A DNA stretch of 64,000 nt from Octopus vulgaris (lineage: Eukaryota). This document shows, in pieces, positions 1-12,962 of the stretch (its first letter is position 1; the number at the start of each line of letters is the position of its first letter). Under the pieces are notes generated by a model, which had not been told where the DNA came from, made no database searches, and saw only the letters and a list, made by a program, of their open reading frames with translations. The stretch is taken from positions 3,224,001 to 3,288,000 of the forward strand of contig OX597839.1 of NCBI GenBank assembly GCA_951406725.2, read 5' to 3'. A program made the position numbers and the translations under genes.

Positions 1-205
1 CACCGGACGAAATGCTAAGCGGTATTTCGTTTGTCTTTACGTTCTGAGTTCAAATTAAGTACCAGTCGATAAATTAAGTACCAGTTGTGTATTGGGGTCG
101 ATCTAATCGACTGACCCCCTCTCGAAAAATTTAGGGCCTTGTGCCTACAGTAGAAAATAATCGACTGTCACTCCACACTCTCAAAATTGCTGACACTGAC
201 AAAAT
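1..205 (+). mobile_element. SINE family A, partial/variant copy
   Basis: gcggtatttcgtttgtctttacgttctgagttcaaat...aagtaccagtt. Confidence 0.75.
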
Positions 206-522
206 TTGAAAGCATTATTAGCTAGATCAGTGGTTCTCAAATGGATTCCATATTTGTTGGATGAGAATGGCATGAAAAAGCTTCCAAAGCCAAGCCAGTC
301 ACGAGATAGGATCCCTATTGAACACCTCTAGGGCGTAATGGACAGGATACTTTGTAAAAAGAACAAGACAGTATCTGCAAAAGCCAGATCTTTTGAGATT
401 GCTGCATGAAACTTTGCAAGAAATTCCGCAAGAGATTATTCATCCGATCAGTAACATACCTAATAGGATCTTTGCATTGAAAAACGCAAAGGTCATGTCT
501 ACTAAATATTAAATAATCACAA

Positions 523-750
523 AGCGGCGAGCTGGCAGAAACGTTAGCACGCCGGGCGAAATGCGTAGCCGTATTTCGTCTGCCGTTACGTTCTGAGTTC
601 AAATTCCGCTGAGGTCGACTTTGCCTTCATCATTTCGGGGTCGATAAATTAAGTACCAGTTACGCACAGGGATCGATGTAATCGACTTAATCCGTGTGTC
701 TGTCCTTGTTTGTCCCCTCTGTGTTTAGCCCCTTGTGGGTAGTAAAGAAA
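523..750 (+). mobile_element. tRNA-derived SINE family A monomer (central gcctttcatcctttcggggtcgataaa domain)
   Basis: A/B-box-like head (gagctggcagaa, gagttcaaattcc); imperfect TSD aaatattaaata(a/t)tcaca. Confidence 0.88.
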
Positions 751-829
751 AAAATATTAAATATTCACATTATAACAATGAATAAATAATTTGAATGTGT
801 AATTCCAGATTTAAATAAATTTTCATATC

Positions 830-871
<42 letters not shown>

Positions 872-974
872 TTGGTGTTTTTCCCCCTCTGCTATCAAAA
901 TTAAGTTATATTTGCCTCACTCTAGATTTGAGAGCACTCTAATGGATTTCTGCTTTGGAGTTTTTTTTTAAAAT

Positions 975-1258
975 GATCGTAAGGTCTTGCGTTTAATTCC
1001 CAGCGAGTCGTTGTGTCCTTGAGCAAGACACTTTATTTCACTTTGCTCCAGTCCACTCAGCTGGCAAAGATGAGTTGTACCTGTAGTTCAAAGAGCCGGC
1101 CTTGTCACTCTTTGTGTCACGCTGAATCTCCCTGAGAACTACGTTAAGGGTACACGGATCTGTGGAGTCCTCAGCCACTTGCACGTTAATTTCACGAGCA
1201 AGCTGTTCCGTTGACCGGATCAGCTGAGACCCTCGTCGTCGTAACCGACCGAATACTC
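975..1258 (+). mobile_element. SINE family C (tgtccttgagcaagacact core)
   Basis: Matches copies at 11215-11995 and 52372-52752. Confidence 0.8.
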
Positions 1259-1296
1259 CATATATCTATCTATCTATATATCTATATATATATCTA

Positions 1297-1342
<46 letters not shown>

Positions 1343-1348
<6 letters not shown>

Positions 1349-1543
1349 ATCCAAACAAGAAAGCACAAAAAAACACAACAACACGAGGACGTGGAACAAA
1401 TATAGTATTATTGGACGCTCAGGAAAGAAGGAAAGAAGGAGGGTTTAACGTTTCGAGCGGAGCTCTTCGTCGGAAACAGGAGAAGGAAAGATCAAGAGAA
1501 GGGAAGACAGAGGAAAAAAATCGCCAACGGTACACACGAGGAA
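1343..1543 (-). mobile_element. ~200-bp Penelope-pLTR-like element, family P1, in (TA)n
   Basis: Copies at 6492-6693 and 14896-15086; carries a hammerhead-like motif at 1443-1477. Confidence 0.7.
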
Positions 1544-1873
1544 ACATATATATATATATATATGCGTGTGCAGGCATGTGATGCATAGTCACTTACACAC
1601 ACGTATGCGCACACACATGCCCACACATATAAACACACACGCACATACACACACACATACACATATATATGTGTATGTGTGAGCGTGTGTTTGTATTTAT
1701 AAATCTCTATAATCTCTATAAATGTATGTATAGGTCAATTATTTTTAGCGTACGGTTGTAGGTGAACTCCATTGTGTTTATAGAACAATTATGGACTTCA
1801 GAAAGGAATTACACATATATACACACAAATACATACATACTTACATACATGCGTACATACATACATACATACA

Positions 1874-1909
<36 letters not shown>

Positions 1910-1923
1910 GATATATATATACA

Positions 1924-1995
<72 letters not shown>

Positions 1996-2164
1996 CGGGC
2001 TGGCAGACTGACAGACAGACAAACTTGCACGATCAATGGACATTGAGAAACAAAGAATATGTAAGAAAACGAAATAAACCGGAAAGAAATAAAGAAACGT
2101 TGGCAGACATTGTTAATTTTGATTTTTGCCATTCATTTTATTATTATTATCATTATTATTATTA

Positions 2165-2231
<67 letters not shown>

Positions 2232-2576
2232 CATTAATATTATTGTTTCGAGATAATTAAATACTATTGCTGGCTCAAAATACAGCACACCAAATCTTAT
2301 TATATTGATTACAATGTTGATAAACTAACACAATCTGCCGTCGGTCAAGTAAATTGATCGTAACAAACATAACGAATAGATAAACACTGGAATATCGATA
2401 TAAAAGAGGAGGATAAATGAATATAAATGTATGCAAATAACGAGAAGCCGGATCGTATGTTTATACATACACACACACATATTCATATATACATATAAGT
2501 AAATATATTTGTAAATATATATATATACATATGGGTATATATATATAAACACATACACACACACACACATACATAC

Positions 2577-2652
<76 letters not shown>

Positions 2653-2751
2653 GCGTATGTACGTATATATAATAAGTATGTGTGTGTATATATCAAATAT
2701 ATGTATAAATTGTATATACATACAAACATATATACATAATATATTAATATA

Positions 2752-3800
2752 TTGGGTTGGCAACTAAGTTCCCCCCGTTGTTTTTTATTTAGATTATTAA
2801 AAAGGTTTAAACCTTAATTAAACAACTAATTAATCAATAATATATTCACCCTTGTTGTTTACAACTTCTTCCCAACGTTCAACAAGATTTTCAATACCTC
2901 GTTGGTAGAAATCACCCGATTTCGACTCAAAAACTTGATCCAACTAAGCTCTCAATTCTGATCAGTATTGAACGAAACTCTGCGCATGGCATTTGGAAGA
3001 GATCGAAAGAGGTGGAAATCCGTTGGTGCCAAATCAGGAGAGTACGACAGCCATACGTTTGAAAGGCTTCCTTGGTCATATTAGCGATATGAGGGCGAGC
3101 GTTGTCGTGCAGCAGAAGAACTCCATGCTGCCGATTAGGTATTTTCTCTTGAATAGTCGTGCTGTGTCGTTCCAGCTACTGAACATAGAGTTCCGCGTTG
3201 ACCGTGTGGTTCCGTTCAAGTAATTCGCAATGGATAATCCCTTCCCAGTCCCACCATACACACAATATCGTTTAACGCGGATGAAGATCTTGTTTCACGC
3301 GCGGTGTCGCTTGTTTACCGGGGCTAAGCCCTCCTTACGCTGCTTCATATTGAGGTACAGGCACCATTTTTCGTCGCCAGTAACGATTCGGTATAGAAAT
3401 CGTTGCTTGTGTCCATGAGTTGAGCGGTGGCGAGCAAGCAAACCAGCGGAGATTGATTGTGGCTCGTTGATTTTTGTTGTCACTTAAAGCATACGGAACC
3501 CATGCTCCATACTTCTGAACTTTTCCCATCAAGTGAAGATGCTTCTCTATAGCAGTGTGGGAGCATTCCATTTTCTCTGCCAGTTCCCTTGTCGTTTGAC
3601 GAGAATTTTCGTGCAAAAGTTGGTTTAATCGTTCTTTATCAGACTCAACTGGACGGCCAGAACGAAGTGCGTCTTTGAGGTCAAAATTTCCATTTTTGAA
3701 CTTGGCATACCAATCACGAGCGGTTCTTTCAGCTACGGCACCCTCTCCATACACAGCACAAATGTCGCGAGCAGCTTTTGCAGCTTTAGAACCTTGATCA
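2752..3800 (-). mobile_element. Decayed mariner (DD34D) transposon, mellifera-like; one TIR retained
   Basis: TA + TIR ttgggttggcaactaagt; fragments AARDICAVYGEG, WVPYAL, IVTGDEKW, LLHDNARPH, YSPDLAPTDFHLF, GEYIID-stop; frameshifts and stops. Confidence 0.92.
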
Positions 3801-4114
3801 CTCCAAACACCGTGATGTTGACTGGATGTTTGGTTTTTATAACTCTCGGTACATAATCCTCAGATTGCACTGTCCTCAGATTAACACTCAAACACTCTGA
3901 AATGTTCGTATTGGAGCTTCCGGCGCGAATGCCAAGCAGTACAGCAAGTCGTTTCCAAATGTTGGCAGAGTGAATTGCATCATGGTGCTTTTTTTTTTCT
4001 CACGACGGTGCCCAACCGACCCTACTATATTGTGCATTTGATAAAATCAAAAACAAACAATGCATATGCGCGAAATTAAAAATATAAAATGGCAACAATT
4101 TACCCATAGCACCG
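3796..4114 (-). mobile_element. 5' fragment of a Tc1/maT (DD37D-like) transposon, internally deleted
   Basis: TA-flanked end cggtgctatgggtaaattgttgcc; fragments WKRLAVLLGIRAGSSNTNISECLSVNLRTVQ (HTH-like) and KTKHPVNITVFGVI. Confidence 0.6.
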
Positions 4115-4204
4115 TATATGTGTGTGTATATGTGTGTATGTGTGTGTGTGTGTATGTGTGTGTGTGTGTATGTGTGTGTGTGTGTGTGTGTGTAGGTAGG
4201 TAGG

Positions 4205-4246
<42 letters not shown>

Positions 4247-4338
4247 TAGAAAGATAGATAGATAGATATAGAAAGATAGATATATAGACAGATAGATAGA
4301 CAAATATATAGGTATGCACATATATGTATTTATATGTA

Positions 4339-4429
<91 letters not shown>

Positions 4430-4796
4430 ATACATATATGTGCATACCTATATATTTGTCTATATATATACATATATTTATTTGTGCGTATGTTCTTCAA
4501 ATAGGTTTATTTTAACGCAATGCATTATGAATTGATTTTTTATTAAGTTAGACTACAAAACACTGAATTGCAGCTAACTTATTTTAAACCATTATTTCTG
4601 CGAGCGATTAATTTACGTTTAAAATTGAAAACTGTCTGGTTTAGTAGCTCGTCTTGTAACTACGTCGTTTTCGATTCTGTTCAACTGCGTCGCAGCTTAA
4701 GCCAGTGCTTCTCAGAACAGGCCAATGACTTGTGATTCAATTTTGTGGACAGGGTCTGTGCAAAAGTCAGATGCATATATATATGTTGCATGTGTG

Positions 4797-5401
4797 AAGG
4801 CGGCGAGCTGGCCGAAACGTTAGCGCGCCGGGCGAAATGCTTAGCGGTATTTCGTCTGTCGTTACGTTCTGAGTTCAAATTCCGCCGAGGTCGACTTTGC
4901 CTTTCATCCTTTCGGGGTCGATTAAATAAGTACAAGTTACGTACTGGGGTCGATATAATCCACTTAATCTCCGTTTGTCTGTCCTTGTTCGTCCTCTCTG
5001 TGTTTAGCCCCTTGTGGGTAGTAAAGAAATAGGTATTTCGTCTGTCGTTACGTTCTGAGTTCAAATTCCGCCGAGGTCGACTTTGCCTTTCATCCTTTCG
5101 TGGTCGATAAATTAAGTACCAGTTTCACACTGGCGTCGATGTAATCGACTTAGTCCCTTTGTCTGTCCTTGTTTGTCCCCTCTATGATTAGCCCCTTGTG
5201 GGTAGTAAAGAAATAGGTATTTCGTTTGTCTTTACGTTCTGAGTTCAAATTCCGCCGAGGTCGAGACTTTGCCTTTCATCCTTTCGGGGTCGATAAATAA
5301 AGTACCAGTTTCGCACTAGGGTCGATGTAATCGACTTAGTCCCTTTGTCAGCCCCTGTTTGTCCCCTCTATGTTTAGCTCCTTGTGGGCAGTAAAGAAAT
5401 A
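4797..5401 (+). mobile_element. SINE family A head-to-tail trimer
   Basis: One full unit plus two units starting at ggtatttcg; flanked by TSD atatatatgttgcatgtgtg. Confidence 0.92.
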
Positions 5402-6173
5402 TATATGTTGCATGTGTGTGTTTCCTTGAGATATACACGCTCGCACACATGCACACGCACATACGCACATGCACAAGAACACATATATGGTAGTGGGTTA
5501 GTTTGTGTGTATTTACTTATATGCATCCACTCAGTTTTGGCAACTTGCTTTACTGAGTTCATTTAAGAGGAAAACATACCCACTGATTTCACCCATCGGT
5601 TTTAAAAGACAAGACCCACTCAGATCTGTTTATTTGCATTAAATGTCCAATAATTTCGATCAGACGGTCTAAGATTTATCTCCCTTGCTTTTGTTTTTTT
5701 TTTTTGTTGTTTTGTTTTGTTTTGTTTTTTGGGGGAGATTTTCGACATCTCTTCATTTTCTATTCGATAATTGCGTTCATAATCTAAATTGGCCGGAGGA
5801 TAAAATATGTCAAACTCCAAACTATATACATATAAATAATAAACTCTGCTGTCGATTTCGACATATCGAGTTCTAACAGCATTTTTTTCCCCTTTTGTTT
5901 TGGGTCTGATGTCTATGTCTGTTATGAGCCAACAATTTAGATTAGATATATGAACGGATTATTAAACAAAGCAACTGGCATGTAAATTCGAGATTTCTGT
6001 TTGTGCTAAGTCCTTCAAGACAATCCAGACTGCTTAATTTATAGTTTTTTTGTTGTTTTTTTTCTTATGGTTTTATAGTAATTCTTTGCGATTCGATGCA
6101 GTTTTTTTTACTATTTCTGAAAGAATCTTTGTCACTTTCAGGTTAGCTTTGAACTTGTCCTTGTACCATAGCC

Positions 6174-6223
<50 letters not shown>

Positions 6224-6224
6224 A

Positions 6225-6259
<35 letters not shown>

Positions 6260-6267
6260 ATACCTAC

Positions 6268-6338
<71 letters not shown>

Positions 6339-6362
6339 CCTACCTATCTATCTATCTATCTA
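6174..6362. repeat. (TATC)n microsatellite
   Basis: Direct reading. Confidence 0.95.
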
Positions 6363-6430
6363 GCTTCATACCCGGAGATGAGCATTGGAAAGCACGTTAT
6401 AAGGTTATTATCCAGATGATACAAACACAC

Positions 6431-6491
<61 letters not shown>

Positions 6492-6495
<4 letters not shown>

Positions 6496-6690
6496 TAATC
6501 CAAACGGGAAAACAGAAAAAACAACAACACGTGGAACAATTACAGTATTATTATTATTAGGCGCTCAGGAAAATGGAAGAAGGAGAGTATGACGTTTCGA
6601 GCGGAGCTCTTCGTCGGAAACATAGGAGAAAGAAAGATCCCGAGACGGGAGGACAGAGGAAAAAAAAAATTGCAGGTAGTCTTCACGAGG

Positions 6691-6693
<3 letters not shown>
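6492..6693 (-). mobile_element. P1 element copy in (TA)n
   Basis: Homologous to 1343-1543; hammerhead-like motif at 6587-6621. Confidence 0.7.
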
Positions 6694-6751
<58 letters not shown>

Positions 6752-6994
6752 CAGTGTACATTTAAACCCTGTTCATTGAATGCCAACTTTTAAAATCCGA
6801 AAATTATCCCAAAACTTCCAAAGCTTAATCAGATCGAAGGGAAATGGAAATTAATAGAAATTTTCCCTTCCAGTGGCCTAACGTGTAGAAAGTTAGTCCA
6901 AAGACTATGTATTACTCATAAAATACAGTGTACATTTAAACACATAAGGAATCCACTCGTGGGATTCAACACGCTAGAAAGAACAGCTAGGTTC

Positions 6995-7245
6995 TATACT
7001 TTTGCACATTTTATTACATACTAGACAACTGTGCTGGCTGGCAGGAGAAACGGGTGCCGCCATATGCACTCCCTTAACATGTGTTTTTAGACCTCCAACT
7101 GAGAGGCACACCCTTCCACATTTTACACATGTTCTGTTGTGGAGTTTAATAGCCACATCACTGTTTATCATGGGTCGATTCCTGTGAGATTTTTGATGGC
7201 TCACCATGCCTGCACGACTCAAACACCTCCTCCCACAAACCACAC
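6995..7245 (-). pseudogene. Fragment with 2.5 C2H2-type fingers, probably a non-LTR retrotransposon (RTE-like) ORF2 C-terminus
   Basis: CVVCGRRCLSRAGMVSHQKSH, CVKCGRVCLSVGGLKTHVKGVH, CLVCNKMCKS; no TGEKP linkers. Confidence 0.6.
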
Positions 7246-7473
7246 ACATACATACATAGATACATACACACTAAAGTGCATACTAAAATATATACATAGA
7301 CAGTTGCATACAAGGCAGATAGACAGGAGCTTACTTCACTATTTCTTCTCCGTTTCTTCTTTCTTCCACTCAGCACACTAAGCAAATATTATAGTATTTG
7401 ATCTATATCTCCATTGAGATTATATTATATTGTAAACAATCCGACAGCTGCCTCTAGTCAACAATAACAGCCA

Positions 7474-7504
<31 letters not shown>

Positions 7505-7715
7505 AGTGATAATACTAATAATAATAATAATAACAAAGACGATGGTGGAGACGGTGATAATGTTTACTTTGTTGTTGCTGCAAGGGCGAAGACGGTAAAT
7601 GAGGTAATAAACATTGCAAGGACAAGTTGCATAAAGAGAACCGCCCCCCCCGTGGGACCATCCACAGCCACTGTGTTATGGAAACTAACAAACAAACATA
7701 CAGTGACATGCAATC

Positions 7716-7817
7716 TATGTATGTATAGACATATGTATGTTCGTATGTATGTATGTATGTATGTATGTATGTATGTATGTATGTATGTATGTATGTATGT
7801 ATGTGTATGTATGTATG

Positions 7818-7849
<32 letters not shown>

Positions 7850-7853
7850 TGTG

Positions 7854-7887
<34 letters not shown>

Positions 7888-7961
7888 TGTATGTATGTAT
7901 GTATGTATGTATGTATGTATGTATGTATGTATGTATGTATGTATGTATGTATGTATGTATG

Positions 7962-7995
<34 letters not shown>

Positions 7996-8951
7996 TGTAT
8001 GTATGTATGTATGTATGTATGTATGTATGTATGTATGTTATGTATGTATGTATGTATGTATGTGTATGTATGTATGTATGTTGTGTATGTATGTATGTAT
8101 GTATGTATGTATGTATGTATGTATGTATGTATGTATGTATGTATGTATGTATGTATGTATGTATGTATGTATGTATGTATGTATGTATGTATGTATGTAT
8201 GTATGTATATGTATGTATGTATGTATATATGTGTATGTATGTATGTATGTATGTATGTATGTATGTATGTATGTATGTATGTATGTATGTATGTATGTAT
8301 GTATGTATGTATGTATGTATGTATGTATGTATGTATGTATGTATTTATGTATGTATGTATGTATGTATGTATGTATGTATGTATGTATGTATGTATGTAT
8401 GTATGTATGTATGTATGTATGTATGTATGTATGTGTGTATGTATGTATGTATGTATGTATGTATGTATATATATGTATGTATGTATGTATGTTTGTATGT
8501 ATGTATGTATGTATGCATGTATGCATGCATGTATGTATGTCTGTATGTATGTATGTATGCATGTATGTATGTATGTATGCATGCATGCATGTATGTGTGT
8601 ATGTATGTGTGTATGTATGCATGTATGTATGTATGTATGTATGTATGTATGTATGTATGTATGTATGTATGTATGTATGTATGTATGTATGTATGTGTAT
8701 GTATGTATGTATGTATGTATGTATGTATGTATGTATGTATGTATGTATCTATGTATGTATGTATGTATGTATGTATGTATGTATGTATGTATGTATGTAT
8801 GTATGTATGTATGTATGTATGTATGTATGTATGTATGTATGTATGTATGTATGTATGTATGTATGTATGTATGTATGTATGTATGTATGTATGTATGTAT
8901 GTATGTATGTGTATGTATGTATGTGTATGTATGTATGTGTATGTATGTATG

Positions 8952-8985
<34 letters not shown>

Positions 8986-9135
8986 TGTATGTATGTATGT
9001 ATGTATGTATGTATGTATGTATGTATGTATGTATGTATGTATGTATGTATGTATGTATGTATGTATGTATGTATGCATGCATGTATGTGTGTATGTATGT
9101 GTGTATGTATGTATGTATGTATGTATGTATGTATG

Positions 9136-9168
<33 letters not shown>

Positions 9169-9314
9169 TTGTATGTATGTATGTATGTGTATGTATGTAA
9201 GTATGTGTATGTATATGTATGTATGTATGCATGTATCTATGTATGTATGTATGCATGTATGTATGTATGTATGTATGTATGTATGTATGTATGTATGTAT
9301 GTATGTATGTATGT
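7716..9314. repeat. ~1.6-kb (TATG)n array
   Basis: Direct reading; source of the long CMYV/HTYI ORFs. Confidence 0.98.
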
Positions 9315-9607
9315 ACACATTCAATCACAGCACCAATAACAGATAAGTTTCGTGCAATGGCCATACTTGATAACGAGGGGGCAGCCATCATGTATCTATA
9401 TATGTATGTAAGTGTATATATGCACGTGTAAGTATGTATATATGTGTATACGTCTGTTTCTATGTATCTATCTATCTGTCTGTCTGTCTATCTATCTGTC
9501 TGTCTGTCTATCTATCTGTTTGTTTGTCTGTCTATTTATTTATCTATCTATTTATTCATCTGTCTATATATCATCTATCTATCGACCTATCTACCTATGC
9601 ATATGTG

Positions 9608-9720
<113 letters not shown>

Positions 9721-10214
9721 ATGTGTTGTTCACTCCAAGCATTTACTGTTTGTTGTTTGCTGTGCCAACTGGACTATTCCACGCTCTTCGATCAGAAGCC
9801 TTGCCAGCTGCCGAAGGCGGTTACGTGCTTTCACAGATGTCGACGGTCTAGCATTGGGAGAAGTCATAGCAGAAGGCTACCGCTAAGTAGTTCTTGTGTG
9901 ACCATCTTTCTAAAGGGTCTTGTATAAAAGTTTGAAACCAATATTGTCACCCTATTAAAGGCGACAGAATCGTTAGCACACCGGGGAAAATGCTTAGCGA
10001 CATTTCGTCCGTTGTTATGTTCTGAGTTCAAATTCTACCGAGATCGACTTTGCCTTTCATCCTTTCAGGGGTCGATTAAGTGATTACCAGTTGAACACTG
10101 GAGTCGATATAACCGACTTACCCTCACCCCCGCAATTGCTGGCCTTGTTCCAAAATTTGAAACCAATATATCTCATGCGTATAGAAAGGCCCTCAAGGTT
10201 TTATTTTTATTTTA

Positions 10215-10535
10215 TATTTATCTTTTGTTTTACTTGTTTCAGTCATAGAACTGCGGTCATGCTGGAGCACCGCCTTGAAGTGTTTTAGTCGAACAAATCG
10301 AGTCCAGCATTTATATACACTTTATTTTAGTCTGGTACGGATTCTATCAGCCACCATTACTGAACCGCTAAGTTGGTGGGGGGAAAGCTTCCGCATAATT
10401 TCAGTCTACCAAATTCACTCACAAGCCATTGGTCGGCACCCGGGGCTATAGTAGAAAACACTTGCTCAATGTGTCGTGCAGTGAGATTGAACCCGTAACT
10501 ACGAGTTTGCAAAGCGAATTTCATAACCACAGAGC
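10215..10535 (-). mobile_element. SINE family B, degenerate
   Basis: cggtcatgctggagcaccgcc...ggctatagtagaaaacacttgc. Confidence 0.7.
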
Positions 10536-10564
10536 CCGTATATTTTATCGAGGTTTATTAGTCT

Positions 10565-10968
10565 GAGCTGGCCGAAACGTTAGCACGCCGAGCGAAACGC
10601 TGGGCAGTATTTCGTCTGCTGCTACGTTCTGAGTTCAAATTCCGCCGAGGTCGACTTTGCCTTTCATCCTTTCGGGGTCGATAAATTAAGTACCAGTTGC
10701 ACACGGGGGTCGATATAATCGACTTAATCCGTTTGTCTGACCTCTGTATTTAGCCCCTTGTGGGTAGTAAAGAAATAGAAATAGGTATTTCGTCTGCTGC
10801 TACGTTCTGAGTTCAAATTCCGCCGAGGTCGACTTTGCCTTTCATCCTTTCGGGGTCGATTAAATAAGTACCAGTTACGCACTGGGGTCGATGTAATCGA
10901 CTTAATCCATTTGTCTGTCCTTGATTGTCCTCTCTGTGTTTAGCCCCTTGTGGGTAGTAAAGAAAAAA
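10565..10968 (+). mobile_element. SINE family A dimer
   Basis: Second unit starts at ggtatttcg; TSD gaggtttattagtct. Confidence 0.9.
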
Positions 10969-10989
10969 GAGGTTTATTAGTCTTCTTGT

Positions 10990-11110
10990 GTCAAAATCTA
11001 GAAAGTTGTTGAAAAGGTTGAGGGAGAGCAGGTAACTTTGTCTCAGACCCACGCATACTTCAAGCAAATCTATCAGTTGACGATCATTCACAACTATGGC
11101 ACACATAGTA
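10990..11110 (-). pseudogene. LINE reverse-transcriptase fragment
   Basis: VGLRQSYLLSLNLFNNFLD resembles the RT motif GVRQGxxLSPxLFNxxLD. Confidence 0.65.
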
Positions 11111-11214
11111 TTCTATGACACCTCTATCATCTGCAATATCGTGTGCTCTACTTCCACTGCAACCTTTATCTTCCATGTCCTTTCTCCTGGTCGTATTAAG
11201 AGCAGCTTTGTGTA

Positions 11215-11995
11215 GGTGCGTGGCTTAGTGGTTAGGGTATTCGGCTAAGGCGGCGACCTGGCAGAATCGTTAGCACGCCGGGCGAAATGCGTAGCCGTAT
11301 TTCGTCTGCCGTTACGTTCTGAGTTCAAATTCCGCCGAGGTCGACTTTGCCTTTCATCCTTTCGGGGTCGATAAATTAAGTACCAGTTACGCACTGGGGT
11401 CAATATAATCGACTTAATCCGTTTGTCTGTCCTTGTTTGTCCCCTTTGTGTTTAGCCCCTTGTGGGTAGTAAAGAAATAGGTATTCGGCTCACGGTCTTA
11501 AGGTCACGAGTCTGATTACTGGCAGTGTGTTGTTCCCTTGAGCAAGACACTTTATTTCACGTTGCTCCACTCCGCTCATCTGGCACTATTGAGTAGTACC
11601 TGTATTTCAAAAGCGCCAGCCTTGTCACACTGAATCTCCCTGAGAACTACGTTTAGGCAAACTAGCAGAAACGTTAGCACGCCGGGCAAAATGTGTAACC
11701 GTATTTCGTCTGCCGTTACATTCTGAGTTCAAATTCCGCCGAGGTCGACTTTGCCTTTCATCCTTTCGGGGTCAATAAATTAAGTACCAGTTTCACACTG
11801 GGGTCGATATAATCGACTTAATCCGTTTGTCTGTCCTTGTTTGTCCCCTCTGTGTTTAGCCCCTTGTAGGTAGTAAAGAAATAGGTACGCTTGTCTGTGG
11901 AGGGCTGAGCCACTTGTACCTTAATTTCACCAGCAGGATGCTCCGTTGATTGGATCAACTGGAACCCTCGTCGTCATAATCGACGGAGTGCCGGT
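11215..11995 (+). mobile_element. SINE family C carrying two nested family A insertions (11247-11479, ~11657-11883)
   Basis: Family C sequence resumes after each insert; TSD ggtattcggct. Confidence 0.88.
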
Positions 11996-12664
11996 TAAAG
12001 GCAGCTTTTAAATAAACGTCAACACTTGAATTTCTTTTACTTTTCCAATGATCATCCATTCTGACTCTAAAAATTGGCATCAGCCCTGTCTTTAATAAGA
12101 CTAAAAACCGACCTGACTCTCTCCCCTTGTTTCCCCGGTTTTATTTTTCCTTCTGGCAAGGAAGATTCCACTGATCAGTTTTGCAGAACGTTTCCGGTAT
12201 TAATGAAAGAAAAATTGCCTCGCAGCGTTCGTGTTTTTACTTGTCACGCGTTTTGATATATTGCATTTACTAGCATACGGCTGCAGTCTTTTGGGAGTCT
12301 TCTCTGTTTTTCTTAAGCTATATATTATAGATTACATATTAACCATATGTTCACTTGTTGCTTCTAGTATTTCAGCGGTGTTGGCTTTTATACTAGAATG
12401 TCGTTATTCATTATGGCAGCATACGGCTCCAGCCTTTTGGGGTCTTTTCTGTTTATCACATGTTAAATATTACTTGTCACATACAGGGAGTTCGAGCTAA
12501 ATTTGAAACAGCTTGATGTGTTGGTGAACAGTCAACGGTGTTGGAGAGCATAAAGGTTAAAGCTGCTGTTGAGAAAATGTCAGATGACCTGGCGGACTGG
12601 AACCCGTCTGAATACTGGAAAAGGATTACCTGTAACATAAGGATTTTGTGTTTTGTTTGTTTGT

Positions 12665-12962
12665 TCCTTCTCGAGCCATGCCTGGCTCATAAGGGCCGGT
12701 TTCCCGGTTTTCTTGGCGTATAGGTTCCCCACCTGGACGGGACGCCGGTCCATCGCAGGTGAGCTGCAAGATGCAGGAGGAAAGAGTGAGAGAAAGTTGC
12801 GGCGAAAGAGTCAGCAGAAGTTTCGCCATTACCTTCTGCCGGAGCCGCGTGGAGCTTAGGTGTTTTCGCTCATAAACACACACATCGTCCGGTCTGAGAT
12901 TCGAACCCGCGATCCCTCGACTGCGAGTCCGCTGCTCTAACCACTAGGTCATGTGCCTCCAC
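12665..12962 (-). mobile_element. tRNA-headed SINE related to family C
   Basis: Head ggaggcacatgacctagtggttagagcagcggactcgcagtcgagggatcgcgggttcgaatc; related copy at ~17085-17345. Confidence 0.75.

Noticed and set aside
7515-9431. ORFs of 190-564 aa (CMYV/HTYI)
   Set aside because: Stop-free translations of (TATG)n, open in many frames on both strands
12000-12620. Possible LINE endonuclease remnants (also 13640-14135)
   Set aside because: Too degenerate to assign without a profile search
12890-12962. tRNA gene (also ~17275-17345, 52680-52752 and SINE A/B heads)
   Set aside because: tRNA-like heads run directly into SINE bodies; no complete acceptor stem seen
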